Source: a virus (taxonomy: Duplodnaviria > Caudoviricetes). Taken from it: DNA of 61,107 nt. A program made the translations under genes and the position numbers. Shown here in pieces: positions 43,641-52,400 of the stretch. The notes under the pieces are model-generated. The model ran no database searches. It was not told the origin of the DNA and saw only the letters and a list, made by a program, of their open reading frames with translations. Each line of letters opens with the position of its first letter. Position 1 is the stretch's first letter. The DNA lies in IMG/VR virus record IMGVR_UViG_3300043429_000621, positions 1 through 61,107 of that record; one strand, given 5' to 3'.

Positions 43641-44512
43641 TGGAACAACGCTCTCCTGAATGGTTCGCTGCCCGCAAGGGCCGCGTGACTGGGTCCGCCA
43701 TCGGCGCGATCCTAGGCCTCGATCCGAACCGCACCCGCGAGGAGGTGCTGCGCGAGATGGTGCGGACCTATCATGCCGCGCCGCGCGAGTTCCAAGGCAA
43801 CATCGCCACCCAGTGGGGCGTGACGCATGAGCCGGAGGCGATGCAGGACTTCGAACACGCCACCGGCGCGGAGGTGCAGCGGGCGTCCTTCTGCATCCAC
43901 GACACCATCCCGTGGCTGGGGGCAAGCCCTGACGGCTTCGTGGGCGACGACGCGCTGCTGGAGATCAAATGCCCCTTCGGACTGCGCGACAAGCCTGCGC
44001 CGGTGCCGTTCAAGACGGCCAAGGAACAGCCGCATTACTATGCCCAGATGCAGGTGCAGATGTATGTGACATATCGGTCCGCATGCTTCTTCTGGCAGTG
44101 GACGCCCAACGACAGCAAGCTGGAAACAGTGGAGTACGACGGCGATTACATCGCCGAAATCTTCCCGCAGCTGCAGGACTTCTACAACGAGTTCCTTGCC
44201 GCCATCGACGCGCCGGAGGCCTATCTGGAGGAACCGCGCAAGGTGATCGACACGCCGCGCGCGCTGCAGATGCTGGCAGAGTATGACGACCTGACCACGG
44301 CCATCGAACAGGCCGAGGCCCGCAAGAAGGAACTGCTGGCCGAGATCGTGAAGATGGCGGGCGAGAAGAACGCCGTCTTCGGCGGGCGCAAGCTGACCAA
44401 GGTCGAGAAGGCGGGGTCGATCTCCTACGCCGCCGCGATCAAGGTGCTGGCCCCGAACGCCAATCTGGAGCCGTGGCGCGGCAAGCCCTCCAGCTTCTGG
44501 AAGCTGTCGTGA
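43640..44512 (+). CDS. YqaJ / lambda-exonuclease family nuclease
   Basis: EQRSPEWF.AR.G.VTGS, G..HE, GASPDG, LEIKCP, YYAQMQ.Q. Confidence 0.9.
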   Translation: MEQRSPEWFAARKGRVTGSAIGAILGLDPNRTREEVLREMVRTYHAAPREFQGNIATQWGVTHEPEAMQDFEHATGAEVQRASFCIHDTIPWLGASPDGFVGDDALLEIKCPFGLRDKPAPVPFKTAKEQPHYYAQMQVQMYVTYRSACFFWQWTPNDSKLETVEYDGDYIAEIFPQLQDFYNEFLAAIDAPEAYLEEPRKVIDTPRALQMLAEYDDLTTAIEQAEARKKELLAEIVKMAGEKNAVFGGRKLTKVEKAGSISYAAAIKVLAPNANLEPWRGKPSSFWKLS

Positions 44513-44715
44513 TGGACTGGAAGAACCCCATCTTCAAGGCGCTGGACGAGACCGGCATGCCTTGGCAGGTGACCAACGGCAACGGTCACAAGAAGATCAT
44601 CCTCTCCGGCCATCTGGTCGGGGTGATGTCGGCGCGGAAGGACCGCCATGACCCACGGGCGATGCACAACGTCGTCCACCAGATCAGGCGGAAGGCGCGG
44701 GAGTTGCGGTCGTGA
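44512..44715 (+). CDS. Small HicA-like-fold protein
   Basis: W.V..GNGH.KI...D.RA..N....IRR. Confidence 0.45.
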   Translation: MDWKNPIFKALDETGMPWQVTNGNGHKKIILSGHLVGVMSARKDRHDPRAMHNVVHQIRRKARELRS

Positions 44716-44954
44716 CGGACAGGGAGATGGAACTGGAGCATGAGGTGGCGCGTCTGCGGATGCATGCCCGCGACCTGCAGCGTCGTCTGGAGCGCGCCCG
44801 CCGCGACGCGCTCCTTTACGCCGCCAGCTTCTGCGAGGATCATGAAATGGGTCTGGATCGCGGCAAGTACGTCTGCAGCCCCGCGCATAAGGACCGCAAG
44901 TACACCCACGCCGGTGACGGCTACGCGGCCAAGCTGAGGGAGATCGCCAAGTGA
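44712..44954 (+). CDS. Hypothetical protein
   Basis: Coupled ORF. Confidence 0.55.
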   Translation: MTDREMELEHEVARLRMHARDLQRRLERARRDALLYAASFCEDHEMGLDRGKYVCSPAHKDRKYTHAGDGYAAKLREIAK

Positions 44955-46837
44955 CCCTCCGCCCTTACCAGCAGGACAGCCACGACGCGGTCGTGGCGTG
45001 GATCAAGAAGAACCGCGCGCCCTGCCTGATCGAGGCAGCCACCGGCGCGGGCAAGAGCCACATCATCGCGGCGCTGGCCGAGACGGTGCATGCGATCTCC
45101 AATGGCAAGCATGTGCTGGTCCTCCAGCCCTCCGCCGAACTGGTGGAGCAGAACGCCGAGAAGTATCGGGCCACCGGCGCGAAGTGTTCGATCTTCTCGG
45201 CGTCTGCAGGGGAGAAGAGCCTTCGGTATCCCGTGGTTTTCGGCACCCCCCTGACGGTGAAAAACCGCATCTCGCGCTTTGGTTCCCAGTTCGCGGTCGT
45301 GATCGTCGACGAGTGCCACGTGATCACGCCGACGGTGCTGTCGATCATCGAGGCGATGAAGGAGGCCAACCCCAATCTGCGCGTCGTCGGCCTCTCGGCC
45401 ACGCCCTACCGCATGGGGACCGGCTACATCTTCGCCCAGTGGCCGGACGGTAAGCCGGTGCGCGAAGACGAGACGCGGGAACCCTATTTCGGGGCCTGCG
45501 TCTACCGCATCCGCGCCCGCGCCCTGATCGACATGGGCTACCTGACGCCGCCGGTCGTCGGCAGCATCGGCGTTGCATCGTACGAAACACTGAACATGCA
45601 GCTGAACGCGCGGGGACAGTTCGACGCCGCCGACATCGACCGCGCCTTCCATGGGCAGGGCCGGAAGACCGCCGAGATCATCGCCGACATCGTCGGCCAA
45701 TCACGCAACCGGCAGGGCGTGATGATCTTCGCGGCCACGGTGCGCCACGCCGAGGAATGCATGGCCAGCCTGCCGCCCAGCCTGTCGGCGCTGGTCACCG
45801 GCGAGACCAAGAAGGCGGAGCGCAAGCGCATCCTCGCCGCGTTCAAGGCCCGCAAGATCAAGTATCTGGTCAACGTCTCGGTCCTGACCACCGGCTTCGA
45901 CGCGCCGCATGTGGACGTCATCGCCATGCTGCGCGCGACCGAAAGCGTTGGCCTGCTGCAGCAGATCATCGGGCGCGGCCTGCGCCTCGATGCAGGCAAG
46001 ACCAACTGCATGGTGCTGGACTACGCCCAGAACATCGACCGGCACTGCCCTGACGGCGACATCTTCTCGCCGGAGGTGAAGGTGAAAGGCGGCGACAAGG
46101 AGGCGGGCATCCTGCCCTGCACATGCCCCACCTGCGGGGTCGTGAACGAGTTCTCCCCGCGCCCGAATGACGACGGTTACGAGGTGGACGAGAACGGCTA
46201 CTTCCTCGACCTCGACGGCAACCGGATCGACACCGAATGGGGCGCGATGCCCGCGCATTTCGGGCGGCGCTGCCTCGGCATGTCGACGGTCGCCGGTGAT
46301 CTGGTGCGCTGCGATTATCGCTGGACCTCCAAGCCCTGCCCGTCCTGCGAAGCCCCGAACGACATCGCGGCGCGCTACTGCACCGAGTGCAAGGGCGAGA
46401 TCGTGGACCCGAACGAGAAGCTGCGCCTCGACTTCAAGGCCCTGAAGCGCGACCCTACGCGCGCCCAGACCGATGTGGTGATCAGCTGGAAGATCGTGCC
46501 GTCGATCTCGCGCACCGGCAAGGAAACGGACAGGGTTGACGTCGTCACCCCGTATCGGTCATTTTCCTTCTGGGTACTGCGCGTTCCGACGTTCAGCCGC
46601 GCCATGAAGGACAGGGCCGCGCTGGATGCTCTGGGCGGGCAGCCGCCGATGACCATTACTTATCAGAAGGACGCGGAAACCGGCTTCTACCGCGCCCTCG
46701 CATATAACAGGACAGCAGATGCGGCTCCCGCAGGACATCCCGATCTGGGGAAATCCCGACTTCAGAGGCAAATGCCCAGCGGAGACGCTGGAGCAGGTGA
46801 CCTTTTTCGCGCGGCTCAGGCGGGATTTTCCCGATAG
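44951..46837 (+). CDS. SF2 helicase (RadD/YejH-like) with zinc fingers
   Basis: LRPYQ, ATGAGKS, DECH, SATP, TTGFD.P, QIIGRGLR, CxxC motifs. Confidence 0.92.
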   Translation: MTLRPYQQDSHDAVVAWIKKNRAPCLIEAATGAGKSHIIAALAETVHAISNGKHVLVLQPSAELVEQNAEKYRATGAKCSIFSASAGEKSLRYPVVFGTPLTVKNRISRFGSQFAVVIVDECHVITPTVLSIIEAMKEANPNLRVVGLSATPYRMGTGYIFAQWPDGKPVREDETREPYFGACVYRIRARALIDMGYLTPPVVGSIGVASYETLNMQLNARGQFDAADIDRAFHGQGRKTAEIIADIVGQSRNRQGVMIFAATVRHAEECMASLPPSLSALVTGETKKAERKRILAAFKARKIKYLVNVSVLTTGFDAPHVDVIAMLRATESVGLLQQIIGRGLRLDAGKTNCMVLDYAQNIDRHCPDGDIFSPEVKVKGGDKEAGILPCTCPTCGVVNEFSPRPNDDGYEVDENGYFLDLDGNRIDTEWGAMPAHFGRRCLGMSTVAGDLVRCDYRWTSKPCPSCEAPNDIAARYCTECKGEIVDPNEKLRLDFKALKRDPTRAQTDVVISWKIVPSISRTGKETDRVDVVTPYRSFSFWVLRVPTFSRAMKDRAALDALGGQPPMTITYQKDAETGFYRALAYNRTADAAPAGHPDLGKSRLQRQMPSGDAGAGDLFRAAQAGFSR

Positions 46838-47135
46838 CTACGGCCTCCTCGCGCTGCACCCGCGCAACGAGGGCAAGCGCACCCACCTGCAAGCCGCCAA
46901 AGAGAAGAGCGAGGGCATGGTGACGGGGGCGACGGACATCGTCATCCCCGCCCGCGTCGCCTTCGTCTGCGAACTGAAGCGGCGCGACCACACCCAGAGC
47001 AAGATCGCCGAGGAGCAGCTGGCATACCTGCGGGCCGCCAAGGCCGCCGGTGCCTATGCCTGCGTCGCGCTAGGCTGTGACGCCGCGTGGGAGGCGTTCC
47101 ACCATTGGCGGGGGCTGCTGCATGTGGAAACCTGA
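46719..47135 (+). CDS. VRR-NUC domain nuclease
   Basis: E..EQ, HPRNEGKR, EGM..G.TD, ELKR, Q..YL. Confidence 0.8.
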   Translation: MRLPQDIPIWGNPDFRGKCPAETLEQVTFFARLRRDFPDSYGLLALHPRNEGKRTHLQAAKEKSEGMVTGATDIVIPARVAFVCELKRRDHTQSKIAEEQLAYLRAAKAAGAYACVALGCDAAWEAFHHWRGLLHVET

Positions 47136-47370
47136 ACAGCGGCCCAGCGTTCGTGTCCAGCGCGTCCTGCGGGGCGAGGTGCGGCTGCAGGACGAGGACG
47201 CCTCGATCCAGTCGGTCTGCTCGTTCTACATCTACGAGGGCGCGAGGGAGTTGCTGGCGATCCCGAACAAGGAGGCGCGCCGTCGCGCGCTGCAAAAGGT
47301 GCCGGAGTTGATCCGGCCCCACATCGAGAAAGAAGCATGGCGGATATACGACCAAAGTCGGAGCCGGTGA
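47122..47370 (+). CDS. Hypothetical protein
   Basis: Coupled ORF starting MWKPEQRPS. Confidence 0.55.
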   Translation: MWKPEQRPSVRVQRVLRGEVRLQDEDASIQSVCSFYIYEGARELLAIPNKEARRRALQKVPELIRPHIEKEAWRIYDQSRSR

Positions 47371-47600
47371 AGTTCTTCTTCACCATGAACATGCAGAGCC
47401 GCAGCGGCAATCCGACCCATCAGGTGGTCGGGTCTGCGCGTCATGTGAACAGCTTGGGCGATCTGGTGGAACTGATGCAGCATCGGGACTTCATCATCGT
47501 CGAGGAATTCTACAAGAACCCCGATGGCAGCTATTATAGCCGTGGCGACACGATCCTGAACACCGCGCACATCGGCAAGGTGAAGGTGAACGCGCCGTGA
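47367..47600 (+). CDS. Hypothetical protein
   Basis: GTGA-coupled; GGAG RBS. Confidence 0.55.
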   Translation: MKFFFTMNMQSRSGNPTHQVVGSARHVNSLGDLVELMQHRDFIIVEEFYKNPDGSYYSRGDTILNTAHIGKVKVNAP

Positions 47601-47950
47601 CATGGGAGAAGCTGCGCAATGGGTCTTCCGAGAACGCGGCCAAGCTGCGGCGGGACAGGCCATGTGTGTCGCGCAGCAGGGAGCGTCCGGAGGAGGCCTA
47701 CCTGATGCTGCCGAGCAGCATGGCGGATGGGGAGCGCGTGTCGATCTACGCGGACGAAAGGGGCCGGATCGCGTTCGAATTCGACATCGCCGGTGATTAT
47801 GCCGTCCGCGCCACCAGTCGGACCAGTCGGACGCGGCGGATCAACATCCCGAAGCGGCTGGCCCCCGCGATCCCGTTCGGTCTGCATGACGTCGATCTGC
47901 AGCGCACCGCCGAGGGCTGGCTGGTCCTTGACCCTCAGGCCTTGGCGTAG
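47597..47950 (+). CDS. Hypothetical protein (resembles 32569..32931)
   Basis: GTGA-coupled; shares the AF.....GDY.V motif. Confidence 0.55.
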   Translation: MTWEKLRNGSSENAAKLRRDRPCVSRSRERPEEAYLMLPSSMADGERVSIYADERGRIAFEFDIAGDYAVRATSRTSRTRRINIPKRLAPAIPFGLHDVDLQRTAEGWLVLDPQALA

Positions 47951-48393
47951 GTCCGGAAGAAGTCGTCGATCTCGCCCTTGGAGCGCCCCTGCGCCAGTGC
48001 CATCATCTCCACCAAGGGGTCGCTGCGCATGACCTCGGAGGGCCGCGCGGCGCGGGCTTTGGCGGCGAACCGCTGGTCGGCAGGCAGCAGCTGGATCGTG
48101 GTCAGGACGGCGTTCGGCAACACGCCTTGCAGCCACGCCTCGCCCTCGGCCTCGGTGATCCATTGCTGCGCCACCAGACCGATCAGAAGCTGGGCGAAGC
48201 TGATCGACGAGGGGACGAACACCTCTTCTGGGGCAGGATCGGGTTCCGGTTCCACGGGTGCCTCTGAGAGCAGGTATTCCCCGCTCGACCACCCCGCATA
48301 GGCTGGCGACACGACGTCTCCGTTCGGCAGGGTAAACTGGCCGGAGGGGGCGACGTTCTTGATGACTTGGCCGTTCTTCGTCAGGACTAGCAT
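47935..48393 (-). CDS. Tail fibre-associated chaperone-like protein
   Basis: VPSSIS.AQ...L...R.DPLV...IDDFF; follows the fibre genes. Confidence 0.6.
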   Translation of the reverse strand: MLVLTKNGQVIKNVAPSGQFTLPNGDVVSPAYAGWSSGEYLLSEAPVEPEPDPAPEEVFVPSSISFAQLLIGLVAQQWITEAEGEAWLQGVLPNAVLTTIQLLPADQRFAAKARAARPSEVMRSDPLVEMMALAQGRSKGEIDDFFRTYAKA

Positions 48394-48400
48394 GTTTTCC

Positions 48401-49300
48401 TCAGGATGATCTTAGGACGGTGCCGTTGTTGCCGGTGACTATAAGGACGCCGTTATATCCAGCGGCACCGTACAGGTCTTGGGTCGTCCCGCTGCTTCTG
48501 GCAGTCCAAGTGATGCCGTTGGGCGAAGTGTAAATCTTACCAGCTGACCCGACGGCGACGAACTGGTTCTCGCACCAAGAGACCCCATACATGTTGGCCG
48601 CAGATACGCGAAGCGTCCATGAGGTGAGGTTCGTCGAGGAATAAATGCCGCTCGGTCCAGTCACCACGCCGATAGAGTTCCCCCACGCGACGTCGGTGAT
48701 CCGTCCGGACAGCCCTGTAGGGGTTCCGGTCCACGACGTCGAGGATGTGGGGATGGCGTTGACGTATTTGTATTGGGTGCCACCAGCGAAGGTGCGGTTC
48801 AGGGAGGAGACGTAAATCCCGCATTCGACCGAGTTCGCGCCGACCGCACCCTGCGGGCCATACGTCCAGCTGGTGCCGTTGGCAGAGGCATAGATATATC
48901 CATCTCCGCCGCCAGTGCCGGAGCCGATAACGAAGTACCCGTCGTTGTACTTTGCCCGCCAGTTGTCACGCGAAGCGCTTGCGCGCAGCGTCCAAGAGGA
49001 GCCATCCGAGGACGAGTAGATGCCGTTTCCACCATCGTCCGTGATCACGAACAGACCGTTGCCGAAAGCGCTCCCGAAGCTTTGGTCGGACGAACCGGTC
49101 GAAACAGAAGACCAAGTCGTTCCATAGTCCACAGACCGGAACACCGTCCCCGTAAAGCCCGAACTGGCAGCGATAAACACCCCAGTAGAACTCACGGACA
49201 GTTGCCGCAGCTCCGCAAACGTAGAGACGGAACCCACCGCCTGCCAATTCGCCCCTGCGGTCGACGTCGGCACAGCGACTGGCATCAGCGGGAAGGTCAT
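48401..49300 (-). CDS. Beta-propeller (BNR/Asp-box) receptor-binding-type protein
   Basis: Repeated S.DG..WT / S.NG..WT motifs. Confidence 0.7.
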   Translation of the reverse strand: MTFPLMPVAVPTSTAGANWQAVGSVSTFAELRQLSVSSTGVFIAASSGFTGTVFRSVDYGTTWSSVSTGSSDQSFGSAFGNGLFVITDDGGNGIYSSSDGSSWTLRASASRDNWRAKYNDGYFVIGSGTGGGDGYIYASANGTSWTYGPQGAVGANSVECGIYVSSLNRTFAGGTQYKYVNAIPTSSTSWTGTPTGLSGRITDVAWGNSIGVVTGPSGIYSSTNLTSWTLRVSAANMYGVSWCENQFVAVGSAGKIYTSPNGITWTARSSGTTQDLYGAAGYNGVLIVTGNNGTVLRSS

Positions 49301-50424
49301 TGCAACGCCACCGTGTTGGCCAAGGTGAACCCGTTGCACTTCGTGATGTAGACGAAGAAGTCATGTCCGTTCGTCGTGGTGAACGGGTTCCCTGCGGTCC
49401 GGCTGAACCCAGACAGCGTGATGGCACCGGCGGACGCGCCATTGGTGATCTGGATGACGAGGGTGTAGTCGCCTGCGGCGGACGGAGCCGCCAAGGTGAA
49501 GGCCCCGTTGTTGACGATCCGCTTCATGTTCCCGCCCACCGGCGTGGGGGTATAGGTTCCGGACGACTGTGTGCCGTCATCATCCGCCGTCGTGGTGATC
49601 CCAGCGTAGTCGAGGGCCTGCACGGGCGTTCCGGTCGCCAGCCTGCCGGTGATGACCGTGTCGCCCGCCAAGGTCATGGCACCGGTCGAGGTGATGCGAG
49701 CCACCTCGGATGCGGCGGCACCGCCAGCCATCAGCGCGAGGACGAAATCAAAGTCCTCCGACCCAGAAGAAACATCCGTGGCAATCGCGGAGACCGTCAT
49801 GCCAACCTCGGTGTTGCCGACCGCCGTCTCTGCCGCGAAACCCATGGTGGTTCCGATGCCAGCGGCAGGTGTCCCGCTCGACTGGCTGTCGATACGCAAC
49901 GCCTCCGTGGCCGTGTTCGTGGCGGCAGTGCCGGCCTGAATGGTCAGGCGCGTCCCGTTGTAGGTCAGGCCCGCCGTGCCTATAAGGGTTCCGCCGCTGT
50001 TGTAGGCGACAGTCCCGTCACTTCCGACCGACCCGACGCTGCTGTCGACGGTGTAAATGTTGGTTCCGTCCGAGTAGACCGAGCGGCGCGTCCCAGACGC
50101 GACTGTGGTGGAAGCGCCTCCGGCGACGTTACCGATGGTGAGGGTAAAGCTGCCGGTGGTGTTGTTGGACACGATCCACTCGCCGCCGACGCCGGACGGA
50201 ACCTGATAGGTCACGTTCGACGTCAGGACGCCGGTGAAGTTCAAGATCAGCTTCTGGTATTCCGAAGCGGTCAGGACCACGGGGGACGCGCCGACGCCGG
50301 TGACGCTTTTCGTGGTCACGCCGCCCAGTGCGGCGTCCAGAACGCCGAAGTTGGTGTTCAGCGGCGTGTTCCAGTTGGTGGCGTTCAGGGCGGGTTGCTC
50401 TAGGCCCTTGTTTGCTGTTGCCAT
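49297..50424 (-). CDS. Tail fibre/spike protein
   Basis: WN.PLNTNF..LD N-terminal anchor; VYSDGTN; T/G/S-rich. Confidence 0.7.
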   Translation of the reverse strand: MATANKGLEQPALNATNWNTPLNTNFGVLDAALGGVTTKSVTGVGASPVVLTASEYQKLILNFTGVLTSNVTYQVPSGVGGEWIVSNNTTGSFTLTIGNVAGGASTTVASGTRRSVYSDGTNIYTVDSSVGSVGSDGTVAYNSGGTLIGTAGLTYNGTRLTIQAGTAATNTATEALRIDSQSSGTPAAGIGTTMGFAAETAVGNTEVGMTVSAIATDVSSGSEDFDFVLALMAGGAAASEVARITSTGAMTLAGDTVITGRLATGTPVQALDYAGITTTADDDGTQSSGTYTPTPVGGNMKRIVNNGAFTLAAPSAAGDYTLVIQITNGASAGAITLSGFSRTAGNPFTTTNGHDFFVYITKCNGFTLANTVALQ

Positions 50425-52388
50425 CAGATGCTCCTGTTCGCCACTTCAAGGGCATGCGCGATGTGATCATCATGCACATCCAGCAGGGCTTCGGTTCCCT
50501 TGCTGATCCCCTTCTTAGCACGTTCCGCCGCGACCACCAACTGGTCCGCAAGGCTGTCGTGGTTGACACCCACGCGGCCACCGGACTTCCTGCCAGCGCG
50601 CTCCATGACACTGGGGACCGAGGATGCGCCGCCTATTGCTCCTGCGGCAGTTCCGGTCAGGCCACTGGTCGAGTTGACCAGCTGGTTCCCCAGATACCGC
50701 TGCACCATCGGGTTCATCGCGGTTCCGCGAAGGGCGTCCTTGCCGAACTCGTACAGCGGACGCCCGATGGCGGCACCCGTGGCGATGCCGGTCATCAGGG
50801 GGCCTGCGCCGAGGAACTGCGCCCCCTGAAGCGCGCCGAAGCCAGCGCCTGCAGCCGTGGCCAGCGGGCCAGCCTTCCGCACGACGCTGTCAACAAGTCC
50901 GTGCCGGACGGTCTTCGGGAGAGGGTTCAGCATGGAAAGGGCGTTTCCTGCAAACTCTCCGATCTCACCGCGCCGACCGGTGACAATGCCAGCCTTGTCC
51001 TGCTTCGCCAGTGCGGCCATCAGGTCTTTGGGCGTGATGATGCCTTCCACACCAGCAGCTTTCGTCATCTTGAGCGCGTCCTGCACCGCGAGGAAGTTGC
51101 GGTACTGGTCGCGCGCCTCCTGCCACGCCTTGATGCGCTCCGGCTGCCCCATGGCCCGCATGGAGTTCTCCAGTGCCTCGTCGATGGCCTCGCGCAGCAT
51201 GAAGGAGGTGCCGCGGATACCCTCGCTGTCGCTGTAAAGAAGCTTTCCGAGGCTCGACCGCCACGACGCAAGCTGGTCTCCGGCAATAGGGGTTCCGGAG
51301 TTCATCGACTGGTTGATGCGATCCAAGATGCCACGGATCAGCGGGATGCGCTGCGCATCAGGCGTCATGTCATCGTAGAACTTCGCAGCATCAGCCGCTT
51401 TCAGGGCAAGCGGCATGCTTGGCGGCACATCGACGCCCGCGACCGAGGACCGCAGCTGAGATGTGATCCGCTGCTCCGCTGCCGCCATGGCCTGCGGGGT
51501 GGCGAGGTCATCGGCGGAACCGAGGAAGCGCATGCTGGCCGAGGTGAATGCCTTGGCCTGCTGGCTGTCTGGCGCGGCCCCAGCGATCATCTGGCCCAAC
51601 GGCGTGTCCGCTTCTGCATTCAGCACGGAACGGCTGCCGGTGGCCTGTCCCGCCGTCACCGGAACACCCCGCGCGCGCATTTCGGCAGCTGCAGCAATGC
51701 GGGCCGGATCAGCGCCGCCGGTCGGAGAAATAATGCCGCGCACAAGGTTTTCCGCCTTGTTGGCCGCGACACCGCCGAGGATCGCGCCCGCGAGGCGCGC
51801 CGCCGGTTCCATGTATGGGTTGGATGACCTCTCTGCCAGCTGACCGGCGAACTCACTGGCAATGGCGGGAGCGACCGCGCCGCGCAAAACGGTGGGGAGG
51901 ACGGATGTGCCGCCGGTCAGCGCCGTGGCTGCGGCGCTTGGCACAAACTCCCCAATGGTTCCAGCGTATCGCCCGATCTGCGTCTGTGGCTCGTAGCCCA
52001 TCACGGACGGCAGTTCGCGCGTCACGGTGTCGGTGGCCCGCTCCCCGCTGACGGCTCTGCCCATCGCGCCGGGCATAACCGCCATGGCCCCACGCTCCAT
52101 CCACTCCGGAATGTCTTTGCCGGTCAGGTACTCCGCCGCGCGGAAGCCGCCGGAAACGATGTCCCCAGGCATATCTGCCAGTGCCGCCGTGCCTTTGACG
52201 ATGCCAGAACCGAGAGACTTTGCGGCATCCATGAAGGTGTCCCCCATGGATGGCTCCTGACCGACAGCCTTGAGGAGTTCTGCGTCACTGGGGCCGCTGG
52301 GCGCAGGCTTTCCCTGCGCCGACGAAGGGGCCTGAAGCGACCGGAGAAGTTCCTCGTCGCTCACGCCGCTAAGATCAGAACCCGCCAT
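50424..52388 (-). CDS. Ejection (DNA transfer / internal virion) protein
   Basis: A/G-rich and helical; DLSGVSDEELL start; GVPVTAGQATG motif; follows the SLT-bearing ejection protein. Confidence 0.7.
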   Translation of the reverse strand: MAGSDLSGVSDEELLRSLQAPSSAQGKPAPSGPSDAELLKAVGQEPSMGDTFMDAAKSLGSGIVKGTAALADMPGDIVSGGFRAAEYLTGKDIPEWMERGAMAVMPGAMGRAVSGERATDTVTRELPSVMGYEPQTQIGRYAGTIGEFVPSAAATALTGGTSVLPTVLRGAVAPAIASEFAGQLAERSSNPYMEPAARLAGAILGGVAANKAENLVRGIISPTGGADPARIAAAAEMRARGVPVTAGQATGSRSVLNAEADTPLGQMIAGAAPDSQQAKAFTSASMRFLGSADDLATPQAMAAAEQRITSQLRSSVAGVDVPPSMPLALKAADAAKFYDDMTPDAQRIPLIRGILDRINQSMNSGTPIAGDQLASWRSSLGKLLYSDSEGIRGTSFMLREAIDEALENSMRAMGQPERIKAWQEARDQYRNFLAVQDALKMTKAAGVEGIITPKDLMAALAKQDKAGIVTGRRGEIGEFAGNALSMLNPLPKTVRHGLVDSVVRKAGPLATAAGAGFGALQGAQFLGAGPLMTGIATGAAIGRPLYEFGKDALRGTAMNPMVQRYLGNQLVNSTSGLTGTAAGAIGGASSVPSVMERAGRKSGGRVGVNHDSLADQLVVAAERAKKGISKGTEALLDVHDDHIAHALEVANRSI

Positions 52389-52400
52389 TTTGCGCCTCCC

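Noticed and set aside
46719-46837. 119-bp helicase/VRR-NUC overlap as a programmed frameshift
   Set aside because: No slippery site seen, and both ORFs are complete; likely a simple C-terminal run-on.
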